In this document: piece by piece, positions 40,049-50,233 of the stretch
How the letters are laid out: every line of letters starts with the position of its first letter
How positions within the stretch are numbered: position 1 is the stretch's first letter
From: an uncultured archaeon
Lineage (GTDB): Archaea > Aenigmatarchaeota > Aenigmatarchaeia > PWEA01 > JAGHBM01
NCBI GenBank assembly: GCA_964584335.1
Contig: CAZOZN010000003.1
Coordinates: forward strand, 118,929-182,928
Length of the DNA: 64,000 nucleotides
Direction: 5' to 3'
Notes under the pieces: generated by a model
What the model was told of the DNA's origin: nothing
Database searches by the model: none
What the model saw: only the letters and a program-made list of their open reading frames with translations
Program-made: the position numbers and the translations under genes

Positions 40049-40729
40049 ATGAAAATTACGTATGGTATTATAATTGTTTGTATAATAATATACGCTGCTT
40101 TTAATATGGTTCCGGAAAATGAGGTGGAATCTCTTTACCAGACTTTTGGATTTTCCGGTGAAAACCTTTATGCCGGCAAAATTTGGACCTTAGTTACCTC
40201 TGTTTTTGTTCACGGCGGATATCTGCATTTGTTTTTTAATATGGTCGCTCTTTTCTTCTTTGGCAGGGCCTTAGAGGAGGATATGCAAAAAGACAAATTC
40301 TTTATTTTGTTTATTTTCGGGGGTATAATGGGTAATCTTGTTTCACTTTTGTTTTATCCCTCTACTGAGATTTTCGTTGGCGCCTCGGGTGCGATATTTA
40401 CAATAATGGGAGCTGCTATGATAATGAAGCCATTTGAGCTAATTTTTTATCCTTCCCTGGTTCCAATACCCTTGCTTTTCGTTGGTATAGTTTATGCGCT
40501 TTATACTGTGCTTGCTGTTTTCTTTGGTGTTGGTGATGCAGATGTTGCTTATTCTGCACATCTGGGCGGGCTAGGTATAGGTATGTTGGTTGGTTTTTAC
40601 GAAATCGGTATAAAAAAATCTGTTTTAATAGTTTTCCTTATAATTTTGTCTCTGATTTTTATAATACCTTTCGTGTTGGAGATTATAAACATTTTTGATT
40701 ATACCGGCGCGATGGGAAGCTTGATATAA
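40049..40729 (+). CDS. rhomboid intramembrane serine protease
   Basis: HLFFNM, GASG, AHLGG. Confidence 0.9.
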   Translation: MKITYGIIIVCIIIYAAFNMVPENEVESLYQTFGFSGENLYAGKIWTLVTSVFVHGGYLHLFFNMVALFFFGRALEEDMQKDKFFILFIFGGIMGNLVSLLFYPSTEIFVGASGAIFTIMGAAMIMKPFELIFYPSLVPIPLLFVGIVYALYTVLAVFFGVGDADVAYSAHLGGLGIGMLVGFYEIGIKKSVLIVFLIILSLIFIIPFVLEIINIFDYTGAMGSLI

Positions 40730-40733
40730 TCTG

Positions 40734-41675
40734 GTGTTAATAATGCTTGAAAAACTTATAAAAGAGATAAAGGAAGTTAATCCTAAACGTGTTTTTTTAC
40801 AGCTTCCTGAAGGTTTGGTTGTAAAAGGAAAAAAGATACAAGAAATGCTATTCAAAGAAGGAATAGAATCTTTTATTTCTCTTGACCATTGTTACGGTTC
40901 TTGTGATTTGAGAGATTGTGAAGCACTGAGGTTGGGATGTGACCTAATAGTTCATGTGGGCCATAGCGATTTTGGAGTAATTAGTGAAATGCCTGTTTTG
41001 TACTATGAATGGAGGATTGATTTTAACCCAGTTCCTGTTTTAAGAAATAATATAGAAAAGCTCAAGAGTTATAAAAAAATAGGCCTTCTGACTTCTGTAA
41101 ATTATATAGATTCACTGGATAAAGCAAAAAAATATTTGGAAGAAGAGGCCGGAAAGAGTTGTTTTTTGGTTAAAGGAGATAAAACAAAGTATCCCGGACA
41201 AATTCTTGGATGTGATGTCTCAGCAGCTCTTAAAATTGATAAGAAAGTAGATTGCTTTCTTTTTATTGGTTCCGGTGAATTCCATGCTCTAGGAGTGTTT
41301 TTAAAGACTTCTAAACCCTTATTTTACTTAAAGAGAGAAAAACAGGACTTGGTACAGGTACAGAAGGCAGAGATGGATAAATTTTTGAGACAGGTGTATT
41401 CTACTAAAGCTTTGTTTAATGAATGCAAAAAAGTTGGAATACTGGTTTCAACAAAGAAAGGACAGGCAAACCCGGAAAAAGCAATTGAAATAAAAAATAA
41501 ACTAGAAGAAAAAGGTAAGAAGGCAACTATATTTGCAATGGATTTTGTTTTACCTGAGAGACTCCTTGGGATGGACTTAGATTGTTATGTAAACTGTGCC
41601 TGCCCAAGAATAGCAATAGAAAACAGATCCTCATTTGAAAAGCCCGTTTTAAATTACAACGAACTGGATTTGTAA
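40734..41675 (+). CDS. dph2: diphthamide biosynthesis enzyme Dph2
   Basis: LQLPEG, CYGSCD, GQILGC, ACPR. Confidence 0.92.
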   Translation: MLIMLEKLIKEIKEVNPKRVFLQLPEGLVVKGKKIQEMLFKEGIESFISLDHCYGSCDLRDCEALRLGCDLIVHVGHSDFGVISEMPVLYYEWRIDFNPVPVLRNNIEKLKSYKKIGLLTSVNYIDSLDKAKKYLEEEAGKSCFLVKGDKTKYPGQILGCDVSAALKIDKKVDCFLFIGSGEFHALGVFLKTSKPLFYLKREKQDLVQVQKAEMDKFLRQVYSTKALFNECKKVGILVSTKKGQANPEKAIEIKNKLEEKGKKATIFAMDFVLPERLLGMDLDCYVNCACPRIAIENRSSFEKPVLNYNELDL

Positions 41676-41764
41676 TTTTAATACCCGAAAGCTTTTTATT
41701 TTTGGTACTTCTTATAATACTAATTGTTATTTCGTTTGTTTTATTTAAAAACCGGGTGATTATT

Positions 41765-42016
41765 ATGGATATGGAAGTTATAATTCAGGCTTTATCAAGA
41801 ATAAAAGATGATAAGTCTGTCCCTAAGAACATAAGAAGTTCTTGTGAAGAATGCATAAATGACTTACAGAACGAAGAAGAAGAAATTTCAGTAAGGCTTA
41901 ATTCTTGTATATCGATTCTGGATGAAGTTTCGAATGACCCCAATATACCATCATATACAAGAACAAATATATGGAACATTGTTTCCATGTTGGAGGCAAC
42001 TCAACATTCCGATTAA
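41765..42016 (+). CDS. UPF0147 family protein
   Basis: DKSVPKNIR, DPNIPSYTRTNIW. Confidence 0.85.
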   Translation: MDMEVIIQALSRIKDDKSVPKNIRSSCEECINDLQNEEEEISVRLNSCISILDEVSNDPNIPSYTRTNIWNIVSMLEATQHSD

Positions 42017-42058
42017 ATATAAATATTTAATGTTTAAAATATAGTTAGAGGTGAAAGA

Positions 42059-42409
42059 ATGCCATTTGAAAGTATTTTTGGGGGAAAGAAAGAAATAAAC
42101 GAAGGAGAGTTTGTGGAACTCAATCACGAGGGTACAGCAAACATAGATGCAATTCCTATAAGAATAGCGCATGTTAACGATTACGGAGACATTGATTTTG
42201 TTCAGAAGTCTTTGAGAGAGGGAAATATTGTTTTTGCAAAAATAAAAACCCTTAAGGAAAAGGACATGTCCGAATTAAAGAGGGCCATAGAAAGGTTAAG
42301 AAAAACTGTAACAGCTCTTAACGGCGACATAGCTGGCGTTGACGAAAATTATATAGTTGCTACACCCAGTTTTGCAAGAGTAGATAGGTCAAAGACAGAG
42401 TCCTTTTGA
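42059..42409 (+). CDS. sepF: archaeal SepF (DUF552)
   Basis: GNIVFA, ELKRAIERL, GDIAG..YIVATP. Confidence 0.82.
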   Translation: MPFESIFGGKKEINEGEFVELNHEGTANIDAIPIRIAHVNDYGDIDFVQKSLREGNIVFAKIKTLKEKDMSELKRAIERLRKTVTALNGDIAGVDENYIVATPSFARVDRSKTESF

Positions 42410-42462
42410 TTTATTTTTTTAATTTAAAAGATAAAGAAAATAGAGAATTGAAAATATTTTTT

Positions 42463-44343
42463 TTATTTTAATCTTATCATTTCTAAGTTTTTTGGTGCTA
42501 TTGTTTCGCACTTGTATAATTTGTGCAGTGACCTCGTGAGGTCTATGCACTTGCTTTCTTCTCCATGGTTAAGTATTATTTTTCTAGGTCTGTCGCCGAG
42601 TTTGTGTACGTACTTTACTAACTGGTTTCTGTCAGAGTGGCCGCTTATACCTTCCACGGTTTCGACATTCATTTTTATCTCCAACACGCTTCTTTTTCCG
42701 TTACCGTTTTCTGATATGGGCATCTCTTTCCAGCCTTTTTGTATTTTTCTGCCGAATGTTCCTTCTGCCTGATAGCCAACAAATATAAGCGTGTTCTTAG
42801 GGTCCTCTGCAAAAGATTTAAGATATTCTATTGCCGGTCCACCTACCAACATGCCTGATGTAGCAAGTACCACAAAAGGATCTTTGGTCTTTAATACCTC
42901 GTTTCTTTCTTTGGTAGACCCGATTCTCTTAAAAATCTTATTGGTAAAAGGATTTTTACCTTGGTGAAATATTTTTCTCTGAAGTTCTTTGTTCAGATGT
43001 TCCGGATAAGTTGTGTGTATAGCAGTAGCGTCCCACAACATACCCTCCAGATATACAGAATGATTGAAGTTTGGTATGTCGGATAGTATGCACATCACTT
43101 CTTGAGCTCTTCCCACAGCAAAAGAAGGTATCAGAACTCTTCCACCCCTTTTTAGGGTTTCCATGACCACTTTTTTCAGTTTTTCTTCCGCACTTTTTCT
43201 TGACGGCTGTATAGAGTCTTTTCCACCGTAAGTACTTTCCATTATCAGAGTTTCTATCCTCTGGAAATTGGTGAATGCCGGATTGAATAGCCTTGACCTG
43301 TCGAAATTAAAGTCTCCGGTATAAACTATGTTGTGAAGACCTTCTCCTATATGTATATGCACCTGACTGCTTCCTAGTATATGACCTGCATTTTCAAGTG
43401 TTATTCTCATATCAGGCGTTATGTCACTAACTTCATCATAATCGAGAACTATTGAATGTTTTACTGCATTTTCTATTTCCTTTGTAGAGTAGGGTATTTT
43501 GTTTCCTTCTCTCTGGGCGACTTCAAGGTAATCCATGCATAGCATTACCATCAAATCCCTTACGGGTGCTGTGCAGTAAAGAGGTCCTTCGTAACCGTAT
43601 TTGTACAGGTAAGGTATAAACCCACAGTGGTCTAAATGCGAATGAGATAATACTATCGCGTCTAGTTTTTTTAAATCTAGTTCGGGAGCGTTTAGATATG
43701 GGTAAGATTCCTCGTTTGTCGGTTTTACTCCGCAATCCAACATTACATTGCTTCCTGGCGTTTGAAGAAGTATACAAGACCTTCCAACCTCCCTTGCCGA
43801 GCCCAAAAATCCTGTCCTTATCCATTCTATTTCCTTTTTTTCTGCTGTGTGTATCTTCTCTCCGAGTTTGTTAAGGAATTTTTTTCTAAACTCGGATTCC
43901 TCGAACAATACCTTCCTTATAGTTTTTACGACTTCAGAAGGTATTGCGGGAGCTCTTTTTACTACGGGAAACCACATAGTGTCTTTTTTTATTTTTTTTA
44001 GTGTTTCCCCTCCTTTGCCTATAACAAGACCGGGCTTTTGTGCTTCTATTATGAATCTACCGAAAGCTGGCTCAAATGTTATTTCATCAACACCAGCCTC
44101 TTTAGGAACTATTTCATTTATTATGTTCCTTGCATCCTCCATGTCAACACTTATAGAGGGGTCAGGCCTTACTGATATTCTTTTCTTTATTTTGCTGACA
44201 ACTTTCTTTATCAGTTCGCTGTTGTCCTTGAAGAATTCCCTGTTTTTGACATATATTACGATTTCTGAACCTTCAAAACATATATCAGTTATATTTGCTT
44301 CTTCTGGTATATTCTCTTTTATAGTCTCTTTTATTTTCATCAT
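42463..44343 (-). CDS. fttA: KH/beta-CASP ribonuclease aCPSF1 (FttA)
   Basis: N-terminal KH domains, SHSHLDH, AGHILGS, SGHSD. Confidence 0.94.
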   Translation of the reverse strand: MMKIKETIKENIPEEANITDICFEGSEIVIYVKNREFFKDNSELIKKVVSKIKKRISVRPDPSISVDMEDARNIINEIVPKEAGVDEITFEPAFGRFIIEAQKPGLVIGKGGETLKKIKKDTMWFPVVKRAPAIPSEVVKTIRKVLFEESEFRKKFLNKLGEKIHTAEKKEIEWIRTGFLGSAREVGRSCILLQTPGSNVMLDCGVKPTNEESYPYLNAPELDLKKLDAIVLSHSHLDHCGFIPYLYKYGYEGPLYCTAPVRDLMVMLCMDYLEVAQREGNKIPYSTKEIENAVKHSIVLDYDEVSDITPDMRITLENAGHILGSSQVHIHIGEGLHNIVYTGDFNFDRSRLFNPAFTNFQRIETLIMESTYGGKDSIQPSRKSAEEKLKKVVMETLKRGGRVLIPSFAVGRAQEVMCILSDIPNFNHSVYLEGMLWDATAIHTTYPEHLNKELQRKIFHQGKNPFTNKIFKRIGSTKERNEVLKTKDPFVVLATSGMLVGGPAIEYLKSFAEDPKNTLIFVGYQAEGTFGRKIQKGWKEMPISENGNGKRSVLEIKMNVETVEGISGHSDRNQLVKYVHKLGDRPRKIILNHGEESKCIDLTRSLHKLYKCETIAPKNLEMIRLK

Positions 44344-44399
44344 TATTAACGCCTTAGATTAAGACAACACAGAATATCAACTATTCAAAATTTTTGTTT

Positions 44400-45023
44400 T
44401 TATAAGGATTTTATTTCTTTATCTGAAAGTTCTTTGTAGCCATTCTCGTCTATAACAGCTATAGCAACTTCACCGCCTGATGCTATGTCTCTTCTTTTTG
44501 CTGCTGTTACTGCTTTTGCTACAAGTTTTATTGCTTCTTGTTTTTTGAGATTATTTTTATACCTGTCCTCAAGTACACCAAAAGCTATAGGTGAACCGCT
44601 TCCTGTTGCGTAATAACCATCGCCTTCTATTATTCCGCCAAAGGGGTCCAAAGAGAAAACTTGTGGTCCTTTTTCGTCGTATCCTCCTATAACAAACTGT
44701 CCCATAAAAGGAAAGTACTTGTTTCCCTGTAATATATTTGCAAGTAATGTTGTTAGAGCTCTAACACTCATTTTTTTGTCTCTTTGTAAGCTGTACATAT
44801 TTGCTTCTGCTCTTAGATATCTAACTATAGTTTGTATATCTCCTACGTTACCTGCTGTAGTTATACCTATTCTTTCGTCTACAGAGTAAATTTTTCTTGC
44901 TTTTATGCTATCTACAAGATAGCCCATTGTTGCTTTTTTCTCAGAACCAAGAACAACTCCTTTACTGTCTCCTTCATATATAAGTCCAACTGTAGTTGTT
45001 CCAGTTTTTTTTGCATCTTTCAT
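44400..45023 (-). CDS. psmB: proteasome subunit beta
   Basis: KTG/TTTVG processing site, TGSGS, RDIASG; start moved to MKDAKK. Confidence 0.94.
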   Translation of the reverse strand: MKDAKKTGTTTVGLIYEGDSKGVVLGSEKKATMGYLVDSIKARKIYSVDERIGITTAGNVGDIQTIVRYLRAEANMYSLQRDKKMSVRALTTLLANILQGNKYFPFMGQFVIGGYDEKGPQVFSLDPFGGIIEGDGYYATGSGSPIAFGVLEDRYKNNLKKQEAIKLVAKAVTAAKRRDIASGGEVAIAVIDENGYKELSDKEIKSL

Positions 45024-45125
45024 TTTTACACCATTTAGTTTCAAAATAATTCAAGAGAAATTATTTCAGTCAAGATAAACATAATAATAATTTCACATAT
45101 TTAAAGTTTACTATACTTCCCCATT

Positions 45126-46529
45126 CTAAACAATGTTTTTATTTAGATAATTTTTTATGAATATTCTGAATTCATTATATCTTCTGAAAAGCCTGTATAC
45201 TGATTCTCCCCTGAATATTTCAACCTTCTCGGATATCTCTTTTGCTATTTTTCCGGGCACACCTTCTTCTTTCAATATTTCTGTGTCGTTATTGAGAAAT
45301 TCCTTTATAAGTTCTATTGCTTTTTTGTATCTTCTGGAATATTCTACAAACCATCTGTTGTTCTCTACAAATATATTGTATCCCCTGTATCTCTTTAGAA
45401 ATCCTCTTGTTCCCTGCCTGTCAAATATAGAGGGACCTTCCCTTACCTGTATATTCGGTATTTCCTCGTTGGAGAGTTCAACCAAGAGTATGCATTTTAT
45501 TCCGTCGCTCCATATATCACTTCTAATCACTGTAAAATCATTATCTTTTAGTAAATTATCCATTCTGTTTCTGAATTTTCTCATTTGAGGCCAAACAACA
45601 TCTTCTTGTTCAGACGGTGTTCTAAATTTCACCATTATTAGTTTTGTATCCCTGTGTTCCATCTCGTCTTTTATCTCTTTTATCGTGGGTATATCTCTCT
45701 CTTTTTCATCAAAGAAATCCATGCTCGGATTTCTTATAAAATCACCACATTTTTTTACAAAGAGCAAAAAATTCTCAGCCGATAAGACAGAGGCAACGTT
45801 CCTGTTCTTATCCACAGGGTCTATCATAACCAAAGAGTCATCTGTAAATTTCTTTATTATTTTTTCTTTTGAATTGTAGAACTTGTTCATGTCTATTATT
45901 TCTCCTGGTTTCCAGGTCGAAGCTTCCTTTAATAGATTGATAAAGTTTTCATATTCTATAATTAAAAGTTCACAAAGGTAACCTGAGAAACCCTCCACCC
46001 TTAGACTAGAGCCATATACTCCTATTCCTCTACAAAATTTCTTTAACAATCTTACCTCGTTTGCCTGATTTTTTGTCATTTTACTTTTTACAAATCTTAC
46101 GTGATAGGGAGTCCTGTCAACTGCGCTTTTTATTTTTTCAGGGTTGTTCACGTCATAAGCCGGAACAATTTCTACCCTGTGGTTAGCAATAAATCCTCTC
46201 AAGTACGGATGTTCCGAATATGCGATTTCGTATTTGCCAAGTAGATTTTTTATAGTTTTTTTTGCAAGACTCATTCCTGTTTTCTCTAGTTTTTCTCTTG
46301 AAACTTTTTCGTCGAATAATATGAACAAATCAATGTCCTTGTTTTTTGATAGCCATGTTCCTTTTGCTACACTCCCACAGAACATTGGTTTTATGTCATA
46401 ACCAGAGGCAATTTTTTTAAAGCTTTCCAGAATTTTTCCGCAAAGAGTTTCGGTCAATTTTTTTTCATTCTCGTTTGGGACGGAAATTTTCATTGCCTTT
46501 TTAAGAATCTTGTTTGTAATCTCGTCCAT
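45126..46529 (-). CDS. cca: class I CCA-adding enzyme
   Basis: GSVAKGTWL..DID, EHPY, SAVDRTPYH, GFSGYLCE. Confidence 0.94.
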   Translation of the reverse strand: MDEITNKILKKAMKISVPNENEKKLTETLCGKILESFKKIASGYDIKPMFCGSVAKGTWLSKNKDIDLFILFDEKVSREKLEKTGMSLAKKTIKNLLGKYEIAYSEHPYLRGFIANHRVEIVPAYDVNNPEKIKSAVDRTPYHVRFVKSKMTKNQANEVRLLKKFCRGIGVYGSSLRVEGFSGYLCELLIIEYENFINLLKEASTWKPGEIIDMNKFYNSKEKIIKKFTDDSLVMIDPVDKNRNVASVLSAENFLLFVKKCGDFIRNPSMDFFDEKERDIPTIKEIKDEMEHRDTKLIMVKFRTPSEQEDVVWPQMRKFRNRMDNLLKDNDFTVIRSDIWSDGIKCILLVELSNEEIPNIQVREGPSIFDRQGTRGFLKRYRGYNIFVENNRWFVEYSRRYKKAIELIKEFLNNDTEILKEEGVPGKIAKEISEKVEIFRGESVYRLFRRYNEFRIFIKNYLNKNIV

Positions 46530-46611
46530 GATTAAGAATTATTTAGATTTATATAAGTATTTTTCTCGTAAATGCAATCATATTTTAATTAAAGAATATA
46601 AAAATAAAAAC

Positions 46612-47079
46612 ATGAACAAAGGAATATCCCCGTTTATAGCTGCAGTAATTCTTATATCTTTTGTAATAGCGGTGGGTACGATAGTTTCTCCATGGTTTAC
46701 TTCTTTTACACGCACAAAGGCATACGATGTAGAGGAAAATTCTGAAGGCCAGATAGACTGTATTTTTTCTTCTATAAGTTTTTCTTCATCTGATATAGAC
46801 TACAACCTTACGGGAACAGACTCAGTAAACATAACTCTTGACAACACAGGCTCTGCCTCTCTTTATAATTTCGAGATAAGCCTTACTGTTGACGGCGTTG
46901 TTGATATATTTTCACCGACATCAAATACACAAAAAACCCAGTCTAATCCTCTAGAATCAGGGGAGGCAGCTATTTTAGTCACAAATTTGACTGGAACCGA
47001 CCTCAGCGGGAATTTGGAAAAAGTAAGAGTTGTGGCTAAAAATTGTCCCAATGAGGCAAAAAAAGAAGTTGAATTATAA
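46612..47079 (+). CDS. archaeal type IV pilin-like protein
   Basis: Class III signal peptide MNKG/ISPFIAAVILI. Confidence 0.85.
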   Translation: MNKGISPFIAAVILISFVIAVGTIVSPWFTSFTRTKAYDVEENSEGQIDCIFSSISFSSSDIDYNLTGTDSVNITLDNTGSASLYNFEISLTVDGVVDIFSPTSNTQKTQSNPLESGEAAILVTNLTGTDLSGNLEKVRVVAKNCPNEAKKEVEL

Positions 47080-47727
47080 CTGCTTGTTTTTCTCTTTCAT
47101 TTTTTCGACTATTCCCGATAAAGACCTGACATTCTTGGTAAGGGAAGGCAGAAACTCTTTGAAAGCCCTCTCTACAGAACCCACCCTGCTTTCTATATTT
47201 TCTATGTGAGCAGAACTCTCTTCTATCATATTTTTTAGTTCTTTTTCTTTGTTATCATCACTCTTTCCCACATGTTTTATTTTTTCGTTTAGAAATCTTA
47301 CTTGGTCTTGGAGTTGTATTATAGCTCTTTCTACATCTTTCAGTTCAGTCATACTTTCTCTCCATTTTTCTTCGACAACTTCCTCAACAAGTTCCTCAAG
47401 TTCTATTTCTTCTTCTCCTGTCATTTCTATAACATCTTCTCCAAAAGGCTGCTCGGGAGGCGGTGCTATAAAACTTTGGTCGTTGTAATTTGCCTGATGA
47501 GTCGGTGAAGGAGGAGCTCTGCTGTATGATGGTTGTTGCTGTGGGGCACCCGTTACTTTAAATTTTATTGCCTTGTTAAGTGCCTTAGAAATTTCTTCGT
47601 TCGGGTATCCCTGTTTTCTCATCAAATTTATAATATCTCTTTCACTTTTTCCCTGAGAACTAAGTCTCTTTACTAAACTATCAGCAGGTTCTCTTTTCTT
47701 TCCTGAAAATCCGGGTACCGAAATCAT
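47074..47727 (-). CDS. coiled-coil hypothetical protein
   Basis: N-terminal helical domain, P/Q-rich linker, long coiled coil. Confidence 0.7.
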   Translation of the reverse strand: MISVPGFSGKKREPADSLVKRLSSQGKSERDIINLMRKQGYPNEEISKALNKAIKFKVTGAPQQQPSYSRAPPSPTHQANYNDQSFIAPPPEQPFGEDVIEMTGEEEIELEELVEEVVEEKWRESMTELKDVERAIIQLQDQVRFLNEKIKHVGKSDDNKEKELKNMIEESSAHIENIESRVGSVERAFKEFLPSLTKNVRSLSGIVEKMKEKNKQL

Positions 47728-47749
47728 TTACTCTCCTTCGATTTTTAAT

Positions 47750-48142
47750 CTAAAACTTGGAACGCTCATTTTTTTTAATCATTTCTTCTACTTCTTTTCT
47801 AGTTATAAACTCCATTTTTATTGGGTTTATTAAATCTATAAAGTTTTTTAATTCCTCAAGCTCTGGCTTGGTGACTACTTTTTCCAAAGATTTTCTTATT
47901 TTTTGGGTCTCATTTTCTATTTTCATTAACCTTATATTTAAATCTTTTAGTTTTTCTTCAATGTCTTGAAATTTTTTCCTCATTTCTTCTTGGTTTTCAA
48001 GTGTTCTGGCTTCCAATGAGTCATTTTTATTTTCTAGAAGCCTGTTTAATTCCTCTAATGTTCTTATTCTTCTTGTGTTGTCATTGAGTCTTTTTATCAA
48101 TTCACCGCTTATAGGGGTGCTCTGCGTTCCTCTAAATGCCAT
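47750..48142 (-). CDS. coiled-coil hypothetical protein
   Basis: Heptad pattern. Confidence 0.7.
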   Translation of the reverse strand: MAFRGTQSTPISGELIKRLNDNTRRIRTLEELNRLLENKNDSLEARTLENQEEMRKKFQDIEEKLKDLNIRLMKIENETQKIRKSLEKVVTKPELEELKNFIDLINPIKMEFITRKEVEEMIKKNERSKF

Positions 48143-48179
48143 AACAATACTTTGGTTTTCTTTTAATAAATATTATCTT

Positions 48180-48584
48180 TTATAAATAATCCTCTCTCAA
48201 ATCCTTTCTCACGTTTGCGTAGAATTTTAATAATTTATAGTAGGGAACCGAAATATTTTTTTTAAGTATGATATGGTCTGTATCATACATATCCGTAAAA
48301 TATACATCCATTTTTTTAATCAATTTGTATTTACCCCAAAGCTCAAGCTTGCTGTGGTCATATTCTTTTTTTATTTCACCTGTCTTTAGATTTTTTGAAT
48401 TTCTTACAACTTCCTGCGGCTCTAATGCTTTCCAGTTATTTTTTTCGGCCGCGTTTTTTACAGAACTTACTATTTCATCCCATTGATAAGAATCTCCTAG
48501 ATAAAGTTTTTCTGTATTTTTCGCCTCTTCGGATTTGTTTATTACTATAATTTCAGGTTCCATGGTTTTACACCCTTCTACCAT
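48180..48584 (-). CDS. hypothetical protein
   Basis: ORF; real start possibly MEPE at 48563 (SD GGGTG). Confidence 0.5.
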   Translation of the reverse strand: MVEGCKTMEPEIIVINKSEEAKNTEKLYLGDSYQWDEIVSSVKNAAEKNNWKALEPQEVVRNSKNLKTGEIKKEYDHSKLELWGKYKLIKKMDVYFTDMYDTDHIILKKNISVPYYKLLKFYANVRKDLREDYL

Positions 48585-48632
48585 TTCATCACAATAGAAA
48601 TAATATCTTTAAGGTTATAAAATATAAAAAAT

Positions 48633-48870
48633 TCGGCTAACACCCCCAAAAAATAATATAACAGCGTGTCGCCGAGTCCCCAAAAACCGAAGACCATGAT
48701 ATTGAAAAGAACCTATGAGGAGAAAAGACGATGACCGAAGTCTTTTCATCTCTTCCATACCATTAAGATATTTCCATCCGAAGATTTCCATATCTTCCAT
48801 CGCAAAACCTAAGTCTTGTGAAGTTAATATGGAGAGGAGATAAAATCGTCTCAATACACCCCCCATAGGT
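48633..48870 (-). ncRNA. unknown ~240-nt structured RNA
   Basis: Three cUUCGg motifs and one cUUAGg loop, nested helices, candidate pseudoknot, upstream TATA, downstream U-tract. Confidence 0.65.
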
Positions 48871-48960
48871 AAACAATATTATGTATTCTTATATATTTAT
48901 TATTATCGTTATTACTCTTAGGTGTTTATTGAGGGAAGTGAAAAATATTTGGGTGTGTAG

Positions 48961-50211
48961 ATGAATTTGAGAAATATTTATGATTATTATAACAACGACA
49001 GTATTCTAAAAAATATGATAGATAATTCAAAATACAGGGAAATATCTGCTTCAAAGAAGGACGGTTCTCATCTAAAAAGGCCCAATACACTAGTCTATCC
49101 TAGGGATGTCCTGCAGATGGTGAAAAAAGGAGCTGTTAGTTTTCATGGCTCTGTCGAAAGATGGAATAATCCAATGCAGATAGAGACTAGACTCAGTGAT
49201 AAAAAACTTGATGAAATGAGAATAGGTTGGGACTTTATAATTGATATCGATTCTGCTATAGGGCTCGAAGCTTCAAAGCTTGCTGCAAAAAGAGTGGTTG
49301 ATTTTCTTAGGAAATACGGAATAAAAAAACCGGGTTTAAAGTTTTCAGGTAACAGAGGTTTTCATATAGGGGTACCTTGGAAGGCTTTTCCTAGAAAGAT
49401 AGATTACGAGGAAACAAAAAAACAGTTCCCTAAAATACCTCAAATATTAGCTTCTTTCTTAAGAGATAAAATAAGGGACAGTTTAATGCAGGACCTTATA
49501 AAAATGAAGGGTTCTGTCAGAAGTCTTGTCGATGAACTAGACCGTCACCTGGAGGAATTGAATCCTTACATGTTTGTTGAAATAGAGAAAGACTGGGGCT
49601 CTCGTCATCTTTTTCGCATGCCTTATACAATAAACGAGAAGACTTTATCCGAGGGCAAGTGTCTTGTAACTATGCCTGTCAAAGATTTAGATTCTTTTAA
49701 GAGAGACGATGCATCTATAAAAAAAGTTAGCAAGGTTATTGATTTTTTTCAGAAGACTAATGAAGGAGAAGCTACCGGTTTGGTAATAGACGCAATGGAT
49801 TGGTACGGTAAGGTTAAGAAGAAAGAAGAAAACAGGTCAAAGAATAAAAAAAAGATAAAAAGAACAAGCAGAATACCTAGAGAAAGATTCCCACCATGTA
49901 TAAAGAACATATTAAACGGAATTTCAGACGGCAGGAAAAGAAGCGTATTTATTCTGGCAAATTTTCTTAACAACATGGGGTGGGGTAGAGAAGAGATAGA
50001 AAAAACTATATTTGATTGGAACAAAAGAAACAATCCACCGCTCAAGGACAACTATATCAAGACCCAGTTGAAATGGTTTGAAAGGCAAAGAAGGGAAATT
50101 CTTTCCCCGAACTGTGATAACCAGCAATTTTACAAGTCTTTTGGAGTTTGTACTCCGGACAAAAAATGCTCTAAGATTAAGAATCCTGTTGTTTATCCTT
50201 TTAAAAAGTAA
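48961..50211 (+). CDS. single-chain fused DNA primase (PriS + PriL C-terminal domain), DPANN type
   Basis: WDFIIDID, KFSGNRGFH, then FPPC...PNCD...C...C..IKNP. Confidence 0.88.
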   Translation: MNLRNIYDYYNNDSILKNMIDNSKYREISASKKDGSHLKRPNTLVYPRDVLQMVKKGAVSFHGSVERWNNPMQIETRLSDKKLDEMRIGWDFIIDIDSAIGLEASKLAAKRVVDFLRKYGIKKPGLKFSGNRGFHIGVPWKAFPRKIDYEETKKQFPKIPQILASFLRDKIRDSLMQDLIKMKGSVRSLVDELDRHLEELNPYMFVEIEKDWGSRHLFRMPYTINEKTLSEGKCLVTMPVKDLDSFKRDDASIKKVSKVIDFFQKTNEGEATGLVIDAMDWYGKVKKKEENRSKNKKKIKRTSRIPRERFPPCIKNILNGISDGRKRSVFILANFLNNMGWGREEIEKTIFDWNKRNNPPLKDNYIKTQLKWFERQRREILSPNCDNQQFYKSFGVCTPDKKCSKIKNPVVYPFKK

Positions 50212-50233
50212 TTATAATTAATAATTTGTTTAT

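Noticed and set aside
48615-48866. 83-aa ORF on the minus strand
   Set aside because: Atypical composition and exact overlap with a strongly structured RNA; probably a shadow ORF
48633-48870. RNase P RNA or SRP RNA
   Set aside because: Conserved P4 (GAGGAAAGUCC) and SRP helix 8 motifs not found on either strand by eye
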